From Rhodosorus marinus CCMP1338 (lineage: Eukaryota; Plantae; Rhodophyta), in assembly GCA_029953675.1 (NCBI GenBank), contig JAMWBK010000001.1, positions 1,488,001-1,552,000 of the forward strand: a stretch of 64,000 nt of DNA. Reading direction: 5' to 3'. The notes beneath the pieces are model-generated. The model made no database searches and was not told the origin of the DNA. It saw only the letters and a list, made by a program, of their open reading frames with translations. Every line of letters begins with the position of its first letter. Position 1 is the first letter of the stretch. The position numbers and the translations under genes are program-made. Positions 12,146 through 24,128 of this stretch are shown piece by piece.

Positions 12146-13975
12146 CAGTAGATTCCGACTTTCAAAATCACCCTTACGTCTACGCGTCTCATACGTTCAC
12201 TACTTTGAAAGAGTGCCAAGACCTCCTCCCCAAGGGTTTGTGGCTCAGTACAGGGTGAGCAATGACCTCTCGGAGGCGATTCGTAGCTCGAAGAAGTTCA
12301 TTCTCGGAGGATACGTGAATGGAAATTGTACGCAAGTTAGCACAGCAGAGGACAACGTTTGCATTACTCATTCGGATCATACGATGGGAGGAATAATATC
12401 GGACCCGCAGGGACGAATTTGGATATCGGTAGGGGACTACGCGCGTGCGGACGATTTTGACAGGCCGAACGCGATGAGGGCTCAGGACGTCGACAGTCTG
12501 TACGGGAAGGTCCTCAGGGTAGATCGGAGTGGTAAAGGCCTACAAACCAACCCCTACTATGACGGTAATCCGGATGCGAACCGGTCAAAGGTGATGGCTT
12601 TGGGCCTTCGCAACCCATGGAACATCCATTGGGACGCTGAGCTTGGTACTCCATGGGTCGGTGATGTTGGAGAGATAACCCTGGAAGAGTTCAATCTGGT
12701 TCAACCGGGTGCGAACTTCGGGTGGCCATGCAGGGAGGCAGAGCTTGATCGCTTTCAGTTTGGCATCTTCGACGAGTGCATTGATCTGTTCAACAATATC
12801 CCGCCATCCTCGGGGGCCGTATGTGGGTACGAAAGTGAATCCAAAACTAAGCTACTCCCACCAGGAAGGTTCTGCGATTACTGCCGCATTGAGAGTCAAC
12901 GTCGAGGGTTGGCCTGACGCTTTCAACAACGCCGTGTACTACTGCGACTATTCCGGAAACTGGATACGGTACGTCAAGGTAGACGACGTCGGTAACGTGG
13001 TTTCTGCGCCTCTCGAGCTCGCCACAGGGGTCCCCGGACCGATCAACCTTCGACCGGGAAGCGACGGATGTCTTTACTACCTGGCTCTCGCTTCCAGTCA
13101 GATAGGCAGGATCTGTTACAGGGAGAATAATTCGCCGCCGGAGGTGGTTGGAATCGTACCGCCGCATGGGTTCATGGGCGTGGCTAGGTCGACGTTGGTT
13201 GAGGTGGCTGTAAGCAAGAAGGTGACCCCGGACTCGGCACAAGCGGCTATAGTTGTGGTAGAGACTGTATCCGGGGATGTTGTCGCAGGCCATGTGGAGC
13301 GGGATGACGTTAGGAACATTCTTACCTTTGTTCCAAGCGAGTTGCTGAAGGAGGACGCGCAATATACTGTGACTGTTTCTGGGTTGGTCGACTGGAAAAA
13401 TCTCTCCATGATAGGCGGGCTGACGAGTACTTTTTATACGGGCAGAGGGTTCGTCAAGTATGTTTCCGACCTTGCCCTGTCCGTGGATCCTACGCCCGAA
13501 TCGGTTTTCCGTGACACGGCGATTGATGGCGTGACTCCTATACTGATTCGCGGCAGGCGATTCAGAAAGGGCTTGAGTTTCGTCCCTGTTGCGCAAGTGG
13601 AGGTTCAAGTCCCCGCTGACTGCACGTCGATCGAAGGTTTCTACGGGATGGACGACACTGCAAGGTGGATCCTAGCGGGCGCACTCATCTTTACGATCGC
13701 TGTGGATGGCAGAATTGTGTACGACTCAGCCGTGGATGGACTCGGATTCCCCAGCAGAAAGTTCGATCCTGCGACCTTCTTCAATATGGATGTCGAGAGC
13801 GGGAGCACCTTGACGCTGGGAGGCGACTTTGGACGGAGACACGAGAATCAAGAAGACAATCGCGGAGCGTGGGCCGATGTCAAGTTTCGCTGAGGGAACA
13901 TAGACTACCAAAGGTAGAGTCCCTCGAGCCTGCTGACGGTGCGACTACTTCAATCGACCCGGTGATTCGCATTGC
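12146..13975 (+). pseudogene. Internal fragment of the GSDH/Ig/NPCBM gene
   Basis: Near-identical to ~56157-57990; no start or signal peptide; frameshift near 12815; TGA at 13891-13893 where the intact gene has TGC. Confidence 0.9.
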
Positions 13976-14139
13976 GTTGGACGCGCAAGCGCTGGTGCGC
14001 GGAACTGAATCGAGAGCTATGCCGAGGTACGGCTCACTTGGCGATTCATGCCTTGCGCAAAGATAGTCATGTTCGGACGCTGTTCCCTATAGAAAGTAGT
14101 CTTCCACCCCACGTTGGAATAAACGGAAACAGTAAAACA

Positions 14140-15740
14140 CATTTCCTAGTTCTTAGTTCCTTTGTCACGCCTTGCGTAGCGCTGGGGGTTAAGTAGACGA
14201 CTAGGATCGGGATTGGATTGGGAAGAAGTGGGGTTTTGAATCTTTTTCGGTCGCGAGCGTGTTCGTTTGTGGGTAGGGTTTCCTCTGGTAGTCCTTCCTC
14301 CTGCTTTTCCGGGGTGTGTCGCTTCTACTGCAACTTTCTCTCCCTCTCGTGGGGGTGCGTTGAGGAGATTTCCCCCTTTGGGTTGGGTGTGGTCAATTAT
14401 TCTCTACGTGAGGTTTTTTTGGCGATGCAACGTTTCCTTTGCACATCCTCTCAGGATGGTAGGGTATCTCCGAGCTCGACGGAGCCCCATAACGAGGAGG
14501 CACTGCCAGGTGGTGGACTCAGTGTTCGCCTCAGATGCGCGACCTCTAAGAGAGCCCCCGGAGGGAGAAAAGCGATTTTATGAGCGGAATAGCCCCGGGC
14601 ACCTTCTCTTCAGAGGTTGACTTGGAGGGCGCTTCTGGCACCCAGGTGCGTGCACTGTCTCAGCTGTCACCAGCCTGATCACGGCTGCGGGTGATCGAGT
14701 CGTGCTACCCCAGCTAAACCAGGGGCTCGGCTCGCTGGAATCGGGACTGGTTTCTTGGTGAAATTCAAACCCGAGTGATAGTTTGAATCTCAGAGTTGCA
14801 GCGGTTGCTGAAGGCAGTCAAAATCTTGCGGTCAGTCAAAAATGAACCTGTCCCGGGACAAGCGAGGGCGGTTAGGCCAGAGTGGGACAATGCGGTGTTG
14901 GGAAGTGGAACTCGGGGCCAAAACGAGCTTCAAGCGCTCGGGAACCGGACGCAACGGCGGTGGTGATTGTGAGGCAACCGGGTTGGCTGCGAATGAAGCT
15001 GTGTCTCCAGGCTTAGCAACCTTATCATCTGGAGCGGACTTCCCGGTCGTTGGCAGGCCCCGTGCGGGTCAACCGCCTCGGGCCCAGGCTGGTGTAAGTA
15101 ATCGCCCCAAGGCGGGGCCATCGTACAGTTCGGCGCTGCGGAAGGGCACCACTGCCGCCCGTACGGCGGCAATGACACGCTATTTGCCTCATAGGGAGCC
15201 TAAGGTTGGAACCACGGAAATCACTTCGCAATTTGTCTGGGTGCGGAACGTTCGGCCGCAGACAACCCGTGGGCAGGTGCCGAACATGCGCGATTTCCGC
15301 AAAACTTTCGCGGAATCCTTTGGCTGTAGTCGGGAAGAATTTATCTTTGCCAACTAGGAGGGTCGGGACGTTCGTTTGCTGCTCACAGCGAACACTTTGG
15401 GCTCACGTCGCGAGGATTTCATCTTTGCCAATACTGAGGGTCGAGACGGCTTGTTCATCGTCACTGCGAACGCGGCCACCTACCTCCAGGCATTACTGGC
15501 CAAGCCCACCGAATAGTGGCCTGAGAGCTCCCGCTGGTTGCATTCTCACCCTCAGGTCGCCCTTTTTTTCGCGTTCGACCGTTTCTCGGAACAATATCTG
15601 TCCCTGGGATAGACTGAAGGGCTCTCGGAGCAGGAGCGCAGCGTGAAGGCGACATCTATCCACTGACTGCGCATTCGACGCATGGAGAGGATCTTGTTGG
15701 AGAGGTTCCAGTCAGGGCCTCGTCACCTGCGCACAGACGT
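14140..15740 (+). mobile_element. Family A 5' region (UTR plus degenerate N-terminal ORF), preceded by an A 3'-end fragment
   Basis: Peptides SYSSALRKG..RTAAM and FVWVRNVRPQT shared with 19700-20150 and 63260-63640. Confidence 0.75.
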
Positions 15741-16280
15741 GGAGGCAGATCCCTCCAACACCCCCAGCCTCCATAGCTCTGCCTGGTCCTGCGAGGTCGG
15801 CACAAGGACGTATCGACCCTCAGTACTGGCAAAGATGAAATCCTCGCGACGACAGCCCAAAGATTCTCAAAAATTGTTCCGAAAATCGCGCATACTCGGA
15901 ACCTGGCCCTGGGTTGTCTGGGGCGTAAAGTTCCTCACCCAGACGAACTGCAAAAAAGTTTCGGGGGTGCCTACAACCCCAGACTACGGAACCTACAACC
16001 TCAAACTACGGGGTTAAACTACGAGACTCTCGCCCATGCCGATCGGCCGGAGACGCGGGTCGCCGGCTGGTGGTCGGCTTTCGTGAACAAACAAAGCTGT
16101 GCCCGTCGCAGTTGATCCCAGTGGGCACTCGCACTCCCTGCGCCCTGGAACAGCGTATTGAGTGTCTTCACCAGTGCGTTCTCGCCAAGTTTGCTCAAGG
16201 CCTGCAATAATTCCGTTATTAGCCCGGAGGGTCCAGGGCAGCGTCCACGACGGGAGGTCCGGAGAAAATCCTCCAAAACA
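15720..16280 (-). mobile_element. Inverted family A fragments (N-terminal block and pre-RT block)
   Basis: Minus-strand peptide RTSRRGRCPGPSGLITELLQAL matches ORF 19-2358; 15780-15950 is the reverse complement of the FVWVRN block. Confidence 0.75.
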
Positions 16281-16952
16281 GATTCTGGGTTTAAGTGGCT
16301 TTCTGAGCTGCAAACTCGGCGAAGGTTGGCCTTGTAGGGCCCTCCCCGATGGCTGGGAATGTCTCCGCATAGTGTCCTAGATCCCGGACACCTGTCCCTC
16401 CCCGGGGCGCGGGGAGCCGGGTTCCTAAATCATGGACGTCATAACTTCCTGGCAGTCGACCGTTACGGTAACGGGTTTCGGGGGCGAGGTGGTTGCCTAC
16501 GGCCTGTCGCGGGAGATCAGGCGGATATGGTGCAGAATTCGTAGTAGCGGCTCCACCTTCCCACATACCCGGTTTCCGGGACAACTCCGTAAGGCGTCCG
16601 GTGACGCCTTGCAGCTCTTGCGAGCTGTTGACCGGTGAGTACAGTTGAAAAACTGCTTTGTAGAAGTCTGTAATTTCGGACGCAGCGATGCCCAGGTCCT
16701 GGTAGCATCTGTCGAAGCTACGCAGTTGATGCAAGAATGTGGCTGCCGGGTCGGTTGCGGCTGCAGACTCGGTCCACGTTCTTGCTTGAACATCGCCTGC
16801 TTGTGGTTCCGTCGGTGCCTCCTGTACGTCGCCATCAGACTGGTGCTGGTGCCTTTACAAACCTTCCCAGGTGCCCAAGGGGTCCGGGCCCTGAATGACA
16901 AGAGGTTCGGGGTACGGCCCGCGTACCTCCCTCACAATCATCTTCGGACTCT

Positions 16953-17027
16953 CTTACGAACTTTTCCTTTTGTCTTCCTTACGAACTTTTCCTTTTGTCT
17001 TCCTTACGAACTTTTCCTTTTGTCTTC
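16953..17027. repeat. Perfect 25-bp tandem triplication
   Basis: CTTACGAACTTTTCCTTTTGTCTTC at 16953, 16978 and 17003. Confidence 0.95.
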
Positions 17028-17830
17028 CCCCCAGACTAACGTAACCGTAAGCTTTACTGGGCAGCTGCCTACTGCAGCGCAACACTACGTCTAATCCTAT
17101 CTAGGGAGAAACTTATGGGAACCTCGCTACCGGGGTCTCATGCTACGTTCAAAAGAAAAAACAGGCACCAGCGGATTCTCCAACTGGTCCACGCGCAAAG
17201 CGCCTAGTGCTATCTCTGCATTACCTCGCCATCGTTGCCGTTTTATCTGGGATCTCACATCTCTCAGCTCCTCACTCCTGTGCAGTAAGTGTTTGCAGCT
17301 GTCGCGGAGAACTCCTGCGCCATTTGCCCCGTACGCCCAAACGTCTTTATCGCTATCGGGATGAACTTGTCATCCGGTTTCTCGATCACCATCGCTTCCT
17401 TGTAGTGAGCGATTTTCCACTTCTCCGCAGCTCTCGCCGCGTATCCGCTATCATCTTGGCTCCGCCGCAAATATTTTCCCTGTAATGGTGACACCACAGT
17501 TACATCCAGCGCATACCTTTGTTTGGTCCTCGGATGCCTAGCAACGATATCAGGTCGCAGTCCGTAGTTCTCGAAGTACCCCTCAGGTTCTTGCTCTACG
17601 TCCATGAAGTTCCATCGCCTCAGCCACCGTGCCAACTCTCTGCAGATTTCGTCGTGCCTACGTTGCCACAGTCCAGTTGATGTTGGGCAATGATGAAACC
17701 GTTGTACCCCAGTCCTTCCGTGTTTACTCTGGCAACTAGTGCACTTCTCGGTGGTCCGCAATCCCGGAATTGGCAGCCCCAGCAGTTGTCGAACGTTTAC
17801 CTGCATCTCAACCGCACTCAATTTTTTCGG
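17028..17830 (-). mobile_element. Family F (third CRE-like family) 5'-truncated copy: Zn knuckle, RLE and 3' UTR
   Basis: ORF 17264-17821 CTSC...HHC...RRHDEI...RPDIV...LDVTV..P...AEKWK...FIPIAIKTFGR; ends GTTACGTTAGTCTGGGG. Confidence 0.85.
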
Positions 17831-17869
17831 TGTCAGCGTTGGGATTTCACGCAGCCAGACTCCCGACCC

Positions 17870-18690
17870 GGGACGGTAGTTGCAAATGTAAAAAGATTTG
17901 TGAGACGATCAACTGCGGCGACGGACAGGAAGAATGCACAGAGGGAGAGTACATAGCAATTGTTGGCGATGTATGCTCTACAAGCGCGGGAGTGGGGGTT
18001 AGTGGATTTCTGGATTGTCAGACACAAACGCTTGAGAATTAGACGGCTAACTTTCCTCTGTATACTTTCCAACCAGGTCCTAGAACCTTCTTCAGATGTC
18101 GATCGTGAGTGTGACTGCGTTTCGGTAACTTCGACAACCTGCGTTTTCCATAACGGAATGCGGCTACCGCAGGCGGAGTTTCAAACGGGCGTGACCGCTG
18201 GCAGTCCCGGCGATGCATGTGCTGTATCCAGCGCCCTCGGGGTAGGGAAGAAAGTCGACAAAGTCGGACCTCGACAGCCTTTCGAACTGTGCTCACCTGC
18301 AATGTACGATGCTTGGCGAACAGGTTGTCACCGGGGGTGAGGATTTTGACATGTTTTGCTTGTGCGAGCCGTTGTGCAAGGAAACATGCTTCCCAGTAGG
18401 TTGTGATACCTCATACGGTGTGTGCGACCCTGAGGCGCCCAACACAGTTGTCGGTGCGCGATGTATCACAAGCTCTGAATCACATGGGGTAAGTGTATGT
18501 ATATGACGATAGGCGCTGCCCGGTATAACAATCTACGATTTTTTTCTGGCCATATTGCTCTTTTGCTGCACATCGCGCATAGTGCTCTCCGGCTAAAGCG
18601 CTCGTATGTCCTTTTCATTGGAATTTAGACCTACAAGTATGTATCAGGATCGAGCGGTTTTTGTGAGTGTGTTTCATCGGGCTAGTTTCG
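17870..18690 (+). pseudogene. Partial duplicate of the last four exons of the Cys-module gene (block 10710-12140 duplicated at 17870-19160)
   Basis: High nucleotide similarity including introns; 5' part of the gene absent. Confidence 0.85.
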
Positions 18691-18889
18691 CAAACTCCAG
18701 ATTCGGGCAGGGAAGATGAACTTGATAAATCAGAGGACAACGGTCATAACGCGGACGATGACTCAGAGTCCCAGCGCCTCATAATCTACAAGAGTTGCCA
18801 TAAACGTAGCTCATGAGTTATACAAATAGAATGAGTAGTTGTGTAGCGATGCGCAGATCGATGCGGTTGAACGTGGTGGCCAGTAAAAA

Positions 18890-21800
18890 CTAGTTGGGGT
18901 TTTTGAGATGTTTTTCGGTTGCAATTTGAGCCATATTTGATCCGAGAGTGTTCTTCGTAGAAGGCGCACCTTCTGACTGCCCTTCCCCCGGCTTTTTTCG
19001 GGTTTTGTTGTCTGTTGCTGGGGAATCTTGCCTTCTTACCTTCTGGCGGGTTCGATCCGGGGTTTTCGGTCTTGTGGCGTTGGGTTGTGGGGTTTTTTTG
19101 GTCGGGTTCCGTTTCATAACATATTTTCGTGATGGCCGGGGTCCCTCCCGAGGATGCGGAGATCGCGCGGGCAGAGGTGTCCGTAAGGGGGTGGACACCG
19201 TGTGTCTCTCAGCTCGGGCCCTTTCTCCACGCAGGTGGTGTTGCAGGGTGCCTCTGGCACGCAAGTGCGTGCCCTACTCTCCGCGGTCACCAGTCTGATC
19301 ACCGCGGGTGATCGAGGGGTCCTTCCCCAGCTAACCCAGAAGCTCGGTGGGCTGGAATCGGGCCTACTTTCGGAAATCAAATTCGGGCGGTGATTTGAAT
19401 TCCACCGGTGTGTCAACGTTGGTTCAAGGCAGTCAACATCCGCAGGACAGTCAAAATAAACCTATCCCGGGACAGGCGAGGGCAACTGCGGGAGTGCGTT
19501 GTGGGGGCGTGGGCAAAAGGGCCAAACAGAGCTTCCGCGCTCCGGAACAGTGGGCAACGGCGGTGGTCGTTGTGAGTCCACTGGTTTCGAAGAACGTGAA
19601 GCGATGTCGGCTCCCTTAGCACTTCAAACATCAGGTGAGAACTTCCCGGTCCTGGGCAGGCCCTTTGTTGGCCAGCCTCGGGCCCAAGATGGAGTGAGTG
19701 ATCGGCCCAAGGCGTGACACTAGTACATAACGGCGCTCTGGAAGGGCACCACTGCCGCCCGTACGGCGGCTATGCTATGGTATTTGCACGCTAAAGAGCC
19801 TACAGGTGGACCGTCAGAAGTGCGACCCCCTAACGTAACCCCCAGACCCCCAGACGAACAGTTTGCTGTTCGTCTGGGTGCGCAACGTTAGGCCCCAGAC
19901 TACCCGGGGCCAGGTTCCGAGTTTGTGCGATTTTCGGAACGTTTTTGCAGAATCCTTGAGCTGTCCTCGAGAGGACTTCATCTTTGCCAATACTAAGGGT
20001 CGAGACGTTCTGTTCATCGTCACAGCGAGCGCGGCCACCTACCTCCAGGCCTTAATGGCCAAGCCAGCCGAGCAGTGGCCTGAGAGCGCCCGATGGTTAC
20101 GTTCTCACCCACAGGTCAGCCTGCATTTCGCGGACGACCGGTTCTCCAGGCGCTTCCTGTCGCCGCGTGAAGGCGGCAGCAATCCATTGTCTGTGCATTC
20201 ATCGAATGAAAAGGATTTTGATCGAGCGGTTCCGGTCGGGCCCAAGTCACCTGCGCACCGCCGTCTCCACCTTCTTCGATCGGGAGAGGCGTCGGGTGGT
20301 GACCTCGAGTTACAAGGTGGAGCTACAGCGGCTGGAGGTGTTGGGGGGATCTGCCCATCATGCCAGTTCCAGTGAGAGTGGAGACTGGAACGCCGGAATG
20401 CATGTCGCTTGAGAGAGTCCCGATCGATTCTTCGAATCTCGAAGGCAACGTACTGCGATCCTCGCGGACTGGGCGTCTGACAACTTTAGGGCGACCATTC
20501 AGCAAGCGCGCTTGGACCGACTCCCCCGGGTCTAAGTGGGAGAAAGATGATTAGTTGCTTAGGTTTGGCTGGACGATCGCAGTCAATGGACTTGCAGGCT
20601 TACGTCCAGGAAGAGAGCGGAGACTGGGGTATCTGGCGGACGCGTTTTCGGAGTTGGGTCCGACGGTGGATTTCCTTAGGAGGAGGCTCCCTACTCCTAC
20701 GGGGCAGGATCCAGCCTCTCGTTTTACCTCGAGGAGATCTCTCAATGGCTGGGACTATTCTCGACTACATTTTCCTGGGTTTGGCGCTCAACTTACGGGA
20801 CGTGGCTATGTGGGAATTTCTGAGCGTGATGCCGCGCTTGCTCCTGGCCCCTGTATGCACACCAGATCGCCGATGGAGAATCCGCGACCGATTGACTTCA
20901 TTCTTGAAGGGAGAATTCGAGGCGTTGCAACAAATAAACGTAAACAAAGTTATTTGGCGTCACCGGAGCCGTTCGGCTCGGCCGGGAACAGTCTAGCCCC
21001 TGACGGCGCGAGTGCAGAAACGGGTGGTAGTTGGCGATTTGAGTCGAACGGCGCGGGTCTCGGAGGGAGAAGCGCCTGTCCTCCCCTACGATGAAAATCT
21101 CGACCAGACGGTATCGTCTTTGTCCCCCTCGTCCGACGTGGACTTGCTCCCCAAATTCGAGGCATTCTTAGACCGTCCAGAGCCGGCCAGGTTGCGCATC
21201 GACCTGAGGCTGAGTGAGTCTGATTTGGAGGATTTGCTCCGCACATTTCCCGTCTTAGACGCTGCCTTGGACACTCTGGGCTACGAACGGATTTTTTACA
21301 GGCCTTGAGCATCAAGCCTGGCCAGATCGCACTGTTGAAGGTCCTCAATACGCTGTTCCAGGTGCTCAGGGGGTGCGTCTGCTCTGTGGGATCATCTCAG
21401 AAAGGGTTTGCGAAACCCGACCACAAGCCGGCGCACCAGCTTCTCCGACCGATCGGCATGGTCGAGAGCTGGGAAGTGGCTATGCCAGCGGCTTCGCCAG
21501 CGGGTCGCAGCTATTATAGCGTCCTGGCAAGTAGGGGAGGGATTTTCCGGGGGTTGCGAATTGATAACCTTCAGGCTATCCTTTTAACGGTTTGCGTAGC
21601 GCTGTAGGCTATGATAATAAACTAGGCCGGAGTGGGGAGTCTTGGTGGTTGATTTCCGGAACGCATTCAACAGCGTGTCGCGGACGCATGCGCTAGAGGT
21701 GCTCCGACGGGTGTTTCCGGAGGCGTGGCCGTTTCTATCGGGTATTTACGGAGGGGAGAGCCTCCCCTACTTGACAACGGAGGGCACTGTTTTTCAAGCA

Positions 21801-24128
21801 CATACTGGCGTCCAACAAGGCGACCCTTGCGGACCTCTTCTTCATGCCTGTGCCCTACAGCTCGTACTTTTACGTCTTTCGACTGAGGTCTCGGATCTTC
21901 GAATCTGCGCGTACCACGATGACGTAACATTGCTGGGCACCCCTGAGACCCTGGCTAAGGGGCTGACCGCGATCGAAGCGATTGCACGTCGCGTCGGTTT
22001 GACTGTGGAAACAGAAAAATGTCGCTTTCTCCCCCCGAGGGACGTGTCGCTGACCTCTCTGCCACCCACTCTGCGACTAATCAGCGAACGTGAAGGGTTC
22101 GAACACCACGGCGTCGGATTGGGGACTGACAACTTTGTCCAAGCATCCTGCGAGCGAGTTTTGGCACGGCACAAGCAACTCACCGACGCCATTGAGCACC
22201 TACCCGACAGCATGCTGCAATCGGCCTGCTTGCTTTCCCGCTTTTGTGCCGGTCCCAGACTCAACTACTGGTTGCGCAGCCTGCCTCCAGCTTGGGGCTC
22301 GTGGATCGCGGCTAAAGCCGACGAAATAACCCTGCAACACTGGGGAACGCTCTTGGATGAGCCCCTCGATCTTGAAGCTGCTCCCGACAGGGACTTGATA
22401 CGTGCACAGATCGCTCTACCGTTGCGATTAGGGGGTTCGGCGTCGCAGACCGTGGGCTGGTATGCTCGCCAGCGGCGGTTGCCTCCTGGGCTACCGCGCT
22501 GCGAACGTTGATGACCTTCCAGATGCGAAGTGCCTGCCTCTTGGATCGAGCTTTGACCAACGAGGATCCAGTGACCCTGCCGCCCCCGCTTTTGACAATT
22601 TATGATGGTCTTCAACACGCGTTCAGGAGGTGCAACGCCGTGCCGGACGCAAATCGGTCCCGCTGTCGTTCCTGGAGGGAGCTGTTATGGGGACGAGCTG
22701 AAGCGATTGAGGATTCTCCCCTCGATCGAGTTCTTGCCGATGACGGAGAGGCTAGCCCCGGGTCACCTGTTGCAGACTACCCGGGTTTGAGCCGATTGTG
22801 GAGCTCCCGCACTGATGTGATTCAACATATCCTCACCTGGGGCCAACACAGTGCCGCTCACACAGCCATGCTCAATTCTCCTCTCACGCCGCCTACCACT
22901 GCCGCTCGTCTCCGCGGCATGGGAGGCCACCTCTCGCACTTGTGGTTAACCACTCTACCGTCGTCATTGAGTCATCGTCTCGATGCTTTCCAGTTCCGTT
23001 CTGCCGCACGGATCTATCTCGGTTTGCCACAGGCTCCGTGGCACTCTAATCGGCCGTCTTTCTGTCAGGGATGTGAGAGCCGGATTGACGCTTGTGGCTA
23101 CCACTTCCTGGGTTCCTGCGGACTGTTGCGAGGTCTCCGTACGAGGCGTCACACTCGCCTCAAGTACATCCTCAGCGAATATTTGACTCGGATAGGGCAT
23201 ACGGTTGAGGTTGAGTCGGAACTGCCCAGATCAATCTCGGACTCTGCACCGCCCCGTTGTATAGACGATCTCCTCGTCTCCGACGCTGCTGCCAGACGCT
23301 CAACATATGTGGACCTTGCGATTACCTGCCCCGTGGCCAGCGCCCACCTCACCGCAGCCGCCCGCCGCCGGGGGGCCGCGGCTTCAGCCCTTCGAAGAGC
23401 TAAGGAACGACGGTATGCTGAGAGCATGGCCAGTCTGCCTTGCGCTGAGGGTCGCTCTCACCGGTTCCAGCCATTCATTGTGGAAAGCTTTGGTCACGTG
23501 GATAAGTCGGGCTTAGAGTGGTTGCGGAAATGTTTTGCTGAGCATCCTACTGAATATTTGGCGCTCTTGAGGCGTTTAAGTGTCTCCCTTTTGCTATATT
23601 CCAGGACATGCTTTCCGAGGCGCGCCATCGGCGCCTGGGGTTGCATGCTTCCCTCCCTAGTTATTAGTTCATCTTCACGCCTTGCGTAGCGCTTCAGTCC
23701 AGTCCAGTAAAGTCAAGTCAATAAAGCCAAGCCAAGTAAAGCCCAATTGATAACCCATGGGATCGAGCTGGAGCGAGCCAGTAGGACGGACGGGGGTGTT
23801 TTGGTGGTTGATTTCCGGAACGCATGCAACAGGATTTCGCGGACGCATGCGCTAGAGGGGATTCGGCCGGTATTTCCATAGGCGTAGTCTTTTCTCTCCG
23901 GTATTTGCAGAGGGGGGAGCCTCCCTTACCTGACCACGCAAGGCACTGATTTTGAAGCCTATACTGGAGTGCAACAAGGCGATCCATGTGGGCCTGTCCT
24001 TCACACTTGTGCTTTGCAGCCCCTTCTCTTGCTTCTCGCGACCGCGGTTCCGGATCTTTGTATCCGCACCTATCACGACGACGTGACGTTGCTAAGCACC
24101 CCTGAGAACTTGGATCGCGGGTTGACCC
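18890..24128 (+). mobile_element. Older, degenerate family A element, interrupted by a younger A copy and truncated by a B element
   Basis: 5' UTR, N-terminal block and pre-RT block (21012-21308), resuming at 23745-24128 with RT motifs QQGDP and YHDD. Confidence 0.8.
21570..23744 (+). mobile_element. Young 5'-truncated family A insertion with an 11-bp TSD
   Basis: AATTGATAACC at 21559-21569 and 23745-23755; body near-identical to 576-2660; ORFs 21642-22511 and 22508-23689. Confidence 0.9.

Noticed and set aside
12847-13608. Long antisense ORFs (also 56857-57618, 45-623, 24537-24998, 31405-31902 and many others)
   Set aside because: Shadows of real sense-strand ORFs in GC-rich sequence; no independent motifs.
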